Part shown: piece after piece, positions 54,275-64,000 of the stretch
How positions within the stretch are numbered: the stretch's first letter is position 1
How the letters are laid out: every line of letters begins with the position of its first letter
From: the human T2T-CHM13v2.0 reference genome, Homo sapiens
Direction: 5' to 3' (one strand)
DNA length: 64,000 bases
Assembly: GCF_009914755.1 (NCBI RefSeq)
Contig: NC_060926.1
Notes under the pieces: model-generated
Database searches by the model: none
What the model was told of the DNA's origin: nothing
The model's input: only the letters and a program-made list of their open reading frames with translations
Made by a program: the position numbers and the translations under genes

Positions 54275-54607
54275 CACTTTGGGAGGCCGAGGCGGGCAGA
54301 TCACCTGAGGTAAGCAGTTCAAGACCAGCCTGACCAATATGGAGAAACCTGGTCTCTACTAAAAATACAAAATTAGCCGGGCGTGTTGGCACATGCCTGT
54401 AATCCCAGCTACTTGGGAGGCTGAGGCAGGAGAATCGCTTGAACCCGGAGGTTGTGGAAGCTTCAGAAGTCACAAGTTATAACTAGCAATGTAAATCTAT
54501 TTTTTTGGATGTTGCAGTGAGCCGAGATTGCGCCATTGCACTCCAGCCTGGGCAATAAGAGCGAAACTCTGTCTCAAAAAAAAAAAAAAAAAGAAGAAGA
54601 AGAAAGG
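54275..54607 (+). mobile_element. AluSp-like, truncated ~34 nt at the 5' end, with a non-Alu insert in the right arm
   Basis: cctgaccaatatggagaaacc diagnostic; TSD aaactactatta at 54263-54274 and 54608-54619; insert at 54452-54506. Confidence 0.93.
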
Positions 54608-55329
54608 AAACTACTATTAGTTTTCCATAATATTTTAATGTAAGAAAGTAAATAATTACAGTAGGAATTATCTGGACAGTGAGATTATGGGTCATTTATT
54701 CCCTACTTAATATTTTTTAAAATAAATAAAAAACCTTAATAAATAGAATTAAAAAAACCAAGGATGAGTTGTTATCGTAAGGAGAATATGCCCTCTTTCA
54801 AAGTTGGATATAAAGTTACTATACCTGAAGGGAGCCATATTTTCTCATTGATTTCCATTTTATGTTTTCATTTATACATTCCTACCTCATCCTATAACAT
54901 TATAAATTAGCAATGTGACTTCATGAGAGAAAATTTCCTTAAAACCAAAAAGCAAACCAATTTGAAAACTTTCATCAAGAGAGTGACCAAGCAGTTTATT
55001 GAGGGACACTAGGACTATAGGATGGAAAAGGAATGTCTGTTTGCTTTTGCCGGTAAACCCAGCCCCTCTCACAGGTCTTGGCATACTGTCTGCTTCAACA
55101 CTTATTTGTCAGTTAAAACAAATGAATGTGCTTGTTGTCAATGTTTCATTTTAAAGACTTTATAAGGTTCCTTCCACTCAGGGCTTCTCTTCCACCATTT
55201 TGTTTCCTGCTTTAGAGGCAGAAACTCCTATTCCTGTGTGATTGTATCATTAAGTCCAAACAACTTAGCTTCCATAGCAAAGTCACAGCTTAGCTTCCTG
55301 CCAGCTCTATCCTGGACATTTATGGTATC

Positions 55330-55707
55330 TGCTATGGTCTGAATGTTTATGTCCTCCCCTACTCCCTGCCAAATCCATTTGTTGACAACAAATCCCCAGT
55401 ATGATGGTGTTAGGATGGGTGCTCTTTGGGAGGTGATTAGATCATGGGGGCTCAGTCCTCCTAAACAGGATTAGTGCCTTTATAAAAGATGCCCTAGAGA
55501 CCTGCCTTGTCCTTCCCACCATGTGAAGATGCAGTGAGAAAGTAGCCTCTTTGATCCAGAAATTGGCACTGTCACCAGACACTGAATCTGCTGGTGCCTT
55601 GATCTTGGAATTCCCAGCCTCCAGAATTGTGAGAAATACATTTCTGTTGTTTATAATCCATCCAGTTTATAATATTTTTATTATAGCAGCCGGAAAGGAC
55701 TAAGACA
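55330..55707 (+). mobile_element. MLT1A/A0-like solo LTR
   Basis: tgctatggtctgaatgtttatgtcc...ggtgccttgatcttggaattcccagcctccagaattgtgagaaata...ggactaagaca. Confidence 0.88.
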
Positions 55708-55844
55708 ATAACTTACAAAGCTAAGCTACAGTATCTCCATTTAACCATCTTGGGTGACTCTTTTACAAATTATTTGTTTCCTATTGCTTTGCTATTATAA
55801 GTTTAAATTCTCTATATACAGGATTCTCAGCACTTTCACCTTCC

Positions 55845-55975
55845 TCAAAGATGGGGAATTTATAGATGGCAAAGACTATTCTTATTCCTCTGTTTTATCT
55901 ACATACCCAGCACAGGGCCTGGCACATATAGCTGCCCCATAAATGTAATAAATGTTAATAAAACAAAATGAATAT
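55845..55975 (+). mobile_element. L2 3' end
   Basis: cccagcacagggcctggcacatatag...ccataaatgt. Confidence 0.65.
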
Positions 55976-57125
55976 CTGTATTGGGGAAATGTTTTTTGAA
56001 GATAAAAACGCCCTGCAGTTACTGGAAAATTTAGGCCAACTTCTTTTATTTAATCATTTAAAAGTCTAGCTATGAGATAGTTGGGAAGGACATTTTAGTC
56101 TCATAATTAAAAAGAGTGATGGCAGAAAGAAAAAAGAAAACACTAAAGATTGTAGTGAAATTACAGCCAATGGGCATCAGTTTCCCTTTCTCTGGTTGAT
56201 TTCAGGGGCAATCTCACAGGGTAAGAAACTGCTTTTCTCCATCCGTCCTGGCAGGGAGGCCTTCCTTTTATTATGTAGGTATGTAAAATTATTGATTTAA
56301 AGTCCCCAGGAAATTTGACTTTTCAAATAAGGGCACATTCACTGGAATATGCTGCCTTTCCCTGCGTGCCGTTAGGGTCATAGAGACAATTAACATGCAG
56401 TGGACCTAAGAGAACACAGCTAATCCTCGTGCTTCCTTAGATCTTCAAGTGGTTGCCAACATAAAAAGTTTCTCCTTAACAGAGGACATCTTGACCCTTG
56501 TGCTAAATCTGTATCAGTTTTTTTTTTTCCCAACTCTGAGCTCTGAAGGCTCAATTTAGCATCCAAAGAAATTGAGCTGTGTCCTTTCTCTTTTGTACGT
56601 CATTACCAACAATAAAGAGTTGAAGAAGAACTGGTGTGTTGGCTGACAATTTTGTGATGATATATGACAGAGCAGAATACAGCCTTACTTTTTGTCATCT
56701 ATAGGGCCTCAGGTTATTGACAAGAGTAGGTATTTTTCAACTGGAACACAGAAGTGGGATGGTAACTTCATATGCTCAGGTTACCAAGAACACCAATCCC
56801 TTTGACACCCAGGGGCTGCGCAGGTGGCTAGCAATGTTGATAACAAGGTGGGGTGCTTTTCCGTTAGAGACCGTACAACCACCCTCCAATGTGATTGACT
56901 ACTTCTCCTCACACAGCATTAACAGCAATCTTTTCATAAATTCGGGAAGTGGCAATAGGGAAACTTCTTGTAAGTACTGGCAAGGGTGTTTTGCATTTTA
57001 TATCCCCCTAAGAAGGCGTCTGTGTTTTTTCTTAAGGCAAATCTAATCCTGTCACTAACTTTCTCTTATTGTGTTTATGCCTCCAGGAGGGAAAGAAGCA
57101 CCCAAGAGCCTTCATCTCTGTAGAC

Positions 57126-57480
57126 CAGGAGTCCGAAATGGATGGTCTATGCCTGTGCCACATCCAGCCAGCAGGCATTTACATTTGGCTTGCATAACGT
57201 TTAAAATGATTTGAATCAGTTGCCAAAAACTAAAAGCCAGGAGATTTTCATGTAAAAAGAAATCTAAATTTTGGCTCTTCTTAAAAGAGGCCTATGTTTT
57301 GGACCGGGAAGTCATTGGACCCCATTTCTCACACAGCAAGTGGAACTGGGTAGTGATTGCCAGTTTACCACACGCAGGGTGGCTCCTAGAACATACTTTC
57401 CCTGTGTGGGAATTAGAAAGAAGCACTGCCTCTGCACAGGTGGATTTTAAGGGTGCCCCATTGGACAGGACACGGCCCAT
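57126..57480 (+). mobile_element. MER102-like hAT-Charlie element
   Basis: atttgaatcagttgccaa...aaaagccaggagattttcatgtaaaaa...ttttggctcttctt. Confidence 0.62.
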
Positions 57481-58309
57481 GTGTAATAGCTTTGCCACAA
57501 TTGCCACCATCTCCTTGAGTCAGTTTACTCATGTCTGAGCTTTCAGGCATTTGAGTTTGTGACCCCTGCCAAAGCCTTTGGAGGAAGTAGCTGCCTGCAG
57601 CATACATCTTGATGAAAGAGGGCTGGCCAGAGGGCTTTCTCTGATTGCTTGCACACAGAGATGGAGACACCAGCATTTGTTTGACTTAGCTCCTGTGTTT
57701 TTCTGAGAACACAGCTGGATAATTTTGCAGGAATTATATTCATAGGCTAGGTCTCTGTATCCTCATGATTCACTCTACTTCCTGAACCTCCACAATCCCC
57801 CACCCCTGGCCGCATGCTGATTTGCCATTTGTTCCTTTTTTCAGCTTATGAGAGGAAGTGTCCAAGGAGAATATAGCAAGTTCTCTCCTATGACACAGGG
57901 ATATAACTCCTTTAACTTGAAGAGTTTGAGGCAGACTTCATGAACCATTTTTGAATGAGCTGATTCTAGTATCTATCTCTGTTGACAGCTTGCTCTTATT
58001 ATACCCTTCCCCAAAGTGAACCCTGCAGCTACTGACAATGGATGAGGCCAAGGAGCTAAGGAGCCCCTCTGTGGCCTCAGCATACCTGAATAATAGTCTC
58101 TCTGTGGCTCTCCAAGAACAGTGAGGTTTTCTTTTTTTCTTTCTTTTTTTTTTTTTTAGCACTGGAATGACAATCATCAAAATCATTTACAAAATGCAGT
58201 GTAAGTGATGCTGTATAAGGGGTGGTAAAATGAAGTTAATATTATACCATTTGATAGCTTATAAACTGACTTATAATTAAGCAGTTGTAGGATAATTAAG
58301 TGTCTGTTT

Positions 58310-58670
58310 TGGCAGTAGCATGGATTTCAGATTGGAATTGAACACTGGCGTTGACACTAGTTATTTGAACTGGACTAATCATTCAATTCTGTGACCCTTA
58401 ATAGAAAAGTAGTTAAATTATAACATGAAGGGTGAGACCTTAGAGTAGTTAAGAACTCAGGAGTCCTTTCTCCATTCTATCTTACTGGTTGGATTCAGTA
58501 AACTTCAAAATTCTCTACTCTTAAAATGGAGGTAAAAATCATACCTTCCAAATAGGATTTTATATGATTAAATGAGATAATGCATGTATCTAACATGTGA
58601 TAGGTACACAGTACTGCTGGCATTGGAGTGCTCAGCTGGTATAAAGTAGGTTTTCAAAAATATTGGTTTC
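58310..58670 (+). mobile_element. MIR fragments
   Basis: agtagttaagaac...taaaatggaggtaaaaatcatacctt...gattaaatgagataatgcatgta. Confidence 0.6.
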
Positions 58671-60519
58671 CTCCATCTTTCTTGGGTCTTACTGCTTTGG
58701 TGCTAAAAATTTTAGCAAATACGAGGAACTAAAGATTGCTTTGCTCAATAAATATTTAACAAATTGCTTTTTACAGTGAAAAGTGTATATATGTATGAAA
58801 ATCAAGCTGCTTAGTTTAAAGGTGTGACTCCTTAACTAGGGCAGTTTATGTGGAGAGTTAAAAATAATTTTAGAGTTTCAAATACTGCAGGATAATGTAA
58901 TGGTTAAAACAAAAATAAGAAAATATCTTTAATAATGCAAGTTACTGCCTGTTCCCTTTAGGAATGAGTTCCTGGCTACAGAAGTCTTTATCTAGACACC
59001 CAGATCAAGCAGAATACAAAGGTCACAATGCCAATTTCATCTGAAACTTGTTTTGCAGTGCTTGAGTCTTGGTTTTTAGGAAAAGACTTGTGGTTGCTAT
59101 GGAACTGTTAATAATGATTGCTGCCTGTATCTCAATTCTTCATACTCCCAATCTTCAATATAAAATCACTTAGATTTGGGCTCCAGGGCAGTAAACACAC
59201 TTTTGAGCAGGAATTAACTGGACTTGGGCATTAGTGTCTTAATGTAGGAAATGACTTTCATTATAACCTTTACTTATACTGGCAGTTAGGCTATGTTAAG
59301 GTTTCCTAATAGTGGGCTTAATCGCATGAGTGTCAAACTTTGCTCTTCTGGGTGAGCACTGCTAAAAGCAGAAACATTTTGGGTTTTCATCAGACAATAA
59401 ATATCAGAAGTCCTTGTTTTGTACAGAACTAGTCTTAGTGAGAGTATTTTGTTTTCACATATAAAAAGAACCAGTAATTCAGCCACATACTGGATTCCTA
59501 AGCAGAAAGAAGAAAATATTCCTGTTGAAATATATACCTATTTACTTTTAAAAGAAATCTCACAGAAAAATGACTTCTTTTTTGCTATATTTCTGTGAGA
59601 TTTGTGACCCATGTAATAGATGCTTACATCTATTACAATAGACCCATGTAATAACTCTAAAATTCTTACTCCTGAATTATATTTGTAAGATATGGATATC
59701 AGTCCTTATTAATGTATAACCGATCTTTGGGGAAAACTAATCCAGTTCTTGAGCTCCAGGCATAGAAAGTTAGGAATGGGTTGTTGGATGGGTGGGGAGA
59801 AGACATATCTAATTTGGGGACGTTGCTGCCTCACCAGTTTGCAAGAATAATACGAATAAATCGCTTCAATTTCCACAACTGTTTCTCTCTCTAATCCCTA
59901 CAGTGTGTGATTTTCAACAATTATCTGGCCTTATTCTCTGTTTTATTGCTTAGGATTTTAATGCTTCAAATGTGGAACATAGAATAAATGTGATTGCCAG
60001 TGAAACTTTAAAAAAATGCTCAAGTGCAGTTTTCAGCTGACATACAGCTAGTTTCCAACTTCTCAGCTGCAAGAAGTAACAACTCCATAAAGGTTAAACA
60101 GGCTTGCTTTGGGCCCTGAGTAAAATTAAGTCTTCTACCAACTCTATGGCACTGCAGAAGACAAAGGATTATCTGTATGAATAAACTGAATTTACAGGTC
60201 AATACATTCATGTTTGCAGGACTATTTAAAGTATTAGAAGTTCTGATATAATACAAGAAAAATGCAGATGTAACTATCAAACTCATCAAGCTGCTGCAGT
60301 AAATTCAGATACTCTCCAAGGCTGGCAAGGTGATGTCAAAAAAGTTAAACTTGAAAAATGAGACTTAGATTTCTAAATGAGATCGGTTGGGGGAAGCAGA
60401 GTTAATAGGGGAAATCAAGACTGAAACAATCAACATTACTGCTACGTTTGGAGGACAGTTTAAAAATCAATTCTTTCTGCTTGTTCTAAAACTGTTCTGC
60501 CAAAGAAACTGACATTGTT

Positions 60520-62136
60520 TCATGCTTTTTATTTTTCGGTTTATTTAATCTTCTTTAACACAGCCATTGTTGGTTCAACAATCCAATATTTGAGGTTACA
60601 TTATTGCAAAAATAAGGACATAGCTGAATAGGTTATGCCATCAATATGTTTGTTAATCCTATCCCTTTTATTAAAGACAAAGCACAGTTTGTTAATATTG
60701 TCTTGGATTAACTCTATTTGTAAGGTTACTTATAGTGGTTCATACTAAAGGCAGGGGATTTGCTTCCTGGGCCAATTGTCTTTAAACTATAATTTAAGAA
60801 ATCATTAGCATTTTGTAATTAAAAACAGATAAAGCAATATTTTAGTACAATGTTAGGCAGCAGATAAAATTACCCTGTCTGAATATATGTGTACATATAC
60901 ATAAAACGCTAGCATGCTTTAAGAAGTTAAGAAATATTAATATTCTGTGAAATTAATATGTAAATAAAATATAATCTGGAATGAAATTCCCATTATGTAC
61001 AAAAAAAGAAAAAATAGAATCTTTCACTTCCAAAACCTATAGATTTTAGCATCTTATAAGCCTACATCACATCACATGGAATGTAAGGGTTAGTTTAAAT
61101 TTGAAGAGCATTAAAGAATAGTATGAGGCTAAGTTTCCACAAAACAGTATATATTAATTGTATTTTGAAGATTTATATTCGTTCCAATGTTAACAAGACA
61201 ACATCCTTTTGAACTTCCTTAAAGAAATATTTGTAATGTCCTTTATTTATTAAGAAAAATACAGCTTTAACACTATAAAATGTTTATTATTAAAAATATT
61301 AGAAAATAAAAATATTTTGAAGATGACATGTTATTCCAGGATATACGAACTTCTTTAGTATTTTTATTTAAAGAGTGAAATAGTTAAGCTACTATTGTAA
61401 GTATTTTACTTTCAAGCACATACATTTTTTCTCTGTTTTCATTCTTTTCGGCATTCTTTGTTTCCTGTTTCTCTCATTTTCCAAATTTTCTTTCTTACTT
61501 TTTGAATAGTCCTGACTTTACTACGTATCTTACTTCATTAGCTGACTTTTATAATCTCTTCATTTTTCCTTCGTTTGCAATAAAACAATGGTTTCTAGCA
61601 AGTAAACAACCAACTGATCATCTCTTTTTACCTTTCGTAGATGTTTTCTTCTTAAAACATATAGTTATATGTTTAGCTTACATATTTATGTATATTATAT
61701 ATCAACACTTAAAGAATAATAATTAGATTCACAGAGTACGGTGGAAATACAATATATTACCGGTACACTATTCAGCAAGCTTATGGAATGACAAAAAAGA
61801 ATGAATCACTTTTCATGACTAGTATCTTAATTATCCTCTGTTTTTTTCTGACTAAGTCAAAGAGATTAGCATTTTTCAACTGCTCAGCTTCTTCTTCAAT
61901 CTTGGAGACATTCTACAGAGATAGAACCTAAGAGCAAATTAAAAGTGGAGTCCGTGACAGGTCGCTTTCATGGTAAAGCCTGGTCTCGTGTGTCTTACTA
62001 TGACTATATGGTCAATGATTACTGCCTGGACAGGAACGCAGGAGTGGGTGAGTCGTGCTGGAGATGTGCAAGAGTTTGTTCTTCAGCCCTGGCTGCCCGC
62101 TTGAGCACAGCACAGGATGGCACGGTGGCTCTAAGC
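60520..62136 (-). other. CAVIN2: CAVIN2 3'UTR (~1.6 kb, AT-rich, no recognisable repeats)
   Basis: Lies between the TGA stop (62137-62139) and the AATAAA pair; 3' end approximate. Confidence 0.75.
60528..60545 (-). terminator. CAVIN2: Probable CAVIN2 polyadenylation signals (tandem AATAAA)
   Basis: tttatt at 60540-60545 and 60528-60533 (AATAAA on minus), followed on the minus strand by a GU/U-rich tract (tgtcagtttctttgg). Cleavage around 60510-60525 is inferred. Confidence 0.7.
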
Positions 62137-62931
62137 TCAGGAGGTCTGGTGCACCTGGAGCACGGCGGGCTGCACGGGGTCCCCATCGGAGCGCTCCGCC
62201 TCCTCGGATGTTAGCGCGTAGCTACCCTCATAGCGTACCTTCTGTGCCTGTTCCAGGGCCACTGACTCCTCCTCTTCATCTTCCACAATAGTCAAGTCGA
62301 TGTTGCTGTCCATCCCCGAGTTACTCCCCCTGGAGGTCGCCTTCTCAGCAGCCTCCTCTGCAATTTCCCCTTCCACCAGAGCGCTGGCGAGGGACGCTTC
62401 GGAATGACCCTCTGCAAAGGACTCCTCTTCCTGGTCATTTGGCATCTGCTCACTGCTAGGCAGGTCTTCTGACTTGGTCTCATTTTCTGCATGGCTTTCT
62501 CCCTCTCGGACTTTCTTCCGCCCGAAAGTGAGGGGAGAAACCTTGAAGGGGGAGCTTTTTCCTGAGGATATTTTCTGGTGATTTGACGTGAGAGATTTCT
62601 TAATCTTCTCTCTCCTCTCTACAGATACGATCTTTGTCCCCAGCTTGTTCATCTTTTTCTCGATGTTCTGGCGAGAAAATGCTTTCTTGAGGCTATCCAC
62701 TTTCTTCAGGCTGGATCTTTTTATTTTCTCTGCCCTACTTTCTTCCACCTTTTCCTCGGCACTGTCTTCCAGGGCCTCCTCATCGTGGGGCAAATCATCA
62801 TCTGAGGAGAGGTCCACGGTGTGCAGGGTTTCCTCCAGGGATTTGTTTTCATCCGGAAGCTCCTCCTTCCCTTCCACGGCACCGGAAACGGGCTGTTTCA
62901 CAAACACGCTGGCAGGGATCTCATTTTCCTC
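62137..62931 (-). CDS. CAVIN2: CAVIN2/SDPR (caveolae-associated protein 2), coding part of the last exon, 264 aa; N-terminal exon is outside the window
   Basis: After acceptor tcttttcag| the frame reads EENEIPASVFVKQPVSG...SRAEKIKRSSLKKVDSLKKAFSRQNIEKKMNKLGTKIVSVERREKIKKS...PAVLQVHQTS*: cavin basic HR2 helix between acidic disordered regions. The ORF-track start at 62907 is an internal Val. Confidence 0.97.
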   Translation of the reverse strand, partial: EENEIPASVFVKQPVSGAVEGKEELPDENKSLEETLHTVDLSSDDDLPHDEEALEDSAEEKVEESRAEKIKRSSLKKVDSLKKAFSRQNIEKKMNKLGTKIVSVERREKIKKSLTSNHQKISSGKSSPFKVSPLTFGRKKVREGESHAENETKSEDLPSSEQMPNDQEEESFAEGHSEASLASALVEGEIAEEAAEKATSRGSNSGMDSNIDLTIVEDEEEESVALEQAQKVRYEGSYALTSEEAERSDGDPVQPAVLQVHQTS

Positions 62932-62970
62932 CTGAAAAGACGGACAATGTAGGTTTCATGTTAATAACAT
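62932..62970 (-). promoter_or_regulatory. CAVIN2: 3' splice site of the CAVIN2 intron (phase 0)
   Basis: Minus strand gttattaacatgaaacctacattgtccgtcttttcag|GAG: candidate branch point TTAAC about 30 nt upstream, pyrimidine tract, CAG. Confidence 0.9.
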
Positions 62971-64000
62971 ATTTCACAAATAGTCCTGAGCTGCTGTAAT
63001 ACGTGTGTCTGTTTTGGAGACACGGTGATGGTAAAAAAACAAATGTTTGTGGCTTGAGTTTTCTAGAATAGGAAGAGTTAATTCTAAACTCGTCAAGTCA
63101 TTCTCTTTAGGCTGGATAAGGCCAAGGGCAGCCTGTTGGGAATATCAGGAGGACAACCGGCAGAAACTGTATCAGTGACAGGCAGAGGGGAAGTGGGCAG
63201 TGACTGAGATAGACCAGGAAGCTGCCTAGATAACAGAGCTAAAGAACGTTACTGTGCTGTGAACCCAGAGGCCCTCTCTCTCCTATCCTCTTTTGAGGTC
63301 AGAGGGCTTGGGCCTGCCAAAATCCCACTGCAGGAGAGCCTGAAGATCAAGTTGGCAGATAAAAGATAGGGCAAGGGTGAGAACTGAGAAGTCTTCAAGT
63401 ACCAGACACACACACATAAAGCCTTGACTGGGTTCCCTCTCCAACTAGGAGTCAGAAGTAAAGGTAGGGCCAGCCTTAGTATCTGCTCAAAGGTGCACAC
63501 TAATTTTGCTGAGGACATCGTTTAAGAGTGAGAGAAGCAAGGACTAGGCTTCCTGGGGGTGCACTCAGGAAGCCTTCTGGTTTAGAATATCCTTTGGGGA
63601 GTTACTAAGCGGAGGTGAGATCTTAGGGTTATTTTTAGAGTAGTGAGGGGAAATTATGCTGCCAGCCATAGTTTATCAATTCTCTAGTGTTACACAGAGC
63701 TTCTTTGGGCAAGAATACTTTGGCCCTCACTTCCAGCGAAGAGTGAGGAGAGAAGCACAGAAAGCTGCCCCCTTCACCGTTGCCAGCACTCTCCTCCAGC
63801 TGCCGGGCACACAGGCAAAGATGGCTCCTCTTGGCTCTCAAGGAGCAGCACCTGAACACTCAACTCTAGAGTGGAAGGGGGATGGTGTTGCAACCTTGCT
63901 CACTGGGGAGTTTTGAATGCAGACAGACTCGGGTTACACAGCTAAAGAACTCTTGATTTTTAAATATTTTTCTTTGAATACTGGAAAAGGAGAGCCAGTC
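62932..64000 (-). other. CAVIN2: CAVIN2 intron (partial)
   Basis: Upstream of the acceptor; no cavin HR1-coding sequence seen in the window. Confidence 0.85.

Noticed and set aside
62137-62907. 256-aa ORF read as a standalone gene with a GTG start
   Set aside because: The frame extends 8 codons upstream to a canonical splice acceptor; it is the last exon of CAVIN2.
61945-62935. Plus-strand and alternate-frame ORFs over the CAVIN2 exon
   Set aside because: Shadow frames of a GC-richer coding exon; no independent coding signal.

Overview
Primate (very likely human) AT-rich genomic DNA, not microbial. The only protein-coding sequence I can support is the terminal exon of CAVIN2 (SDPR, caveolae-associated protein 2) on the minus strand: splice acceptor at 62932-62933, CDS 62931->62137, a ~1.6 kb 3'UTR and a poly(A) signal near 60540. 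Positions 62932-64000 are intron. The other ~60 kb is downstream intergenic DNA packed with interspersed repeats: MaLR LTRs (THE1, MST, MLT1), ERVL LTRs, 5'-truncated L1s, Alus, MIR, L2, an ancient RTE-clade LINE remnant, and hAT, Tigger and mariner DNA-transposon fossils, often nested. Nearly all other ORF-track entries are repeat-derived or chance. I found no convincing new multi-gene system. The best second-look items are a 54-bp templated insertion inside an Alu copied from 1.8 kb upstream, a well-flanked 18-nt microexon-like cassette within a cluster of perfect minus-strand donors, three miR-1/206 sites in the CAVIN2 3'UTR, and several hairpin or template-switch scars. Repeat names come from recalled consensus sequences, not a database search; boundaries are approximate unless a TSD is quoted.
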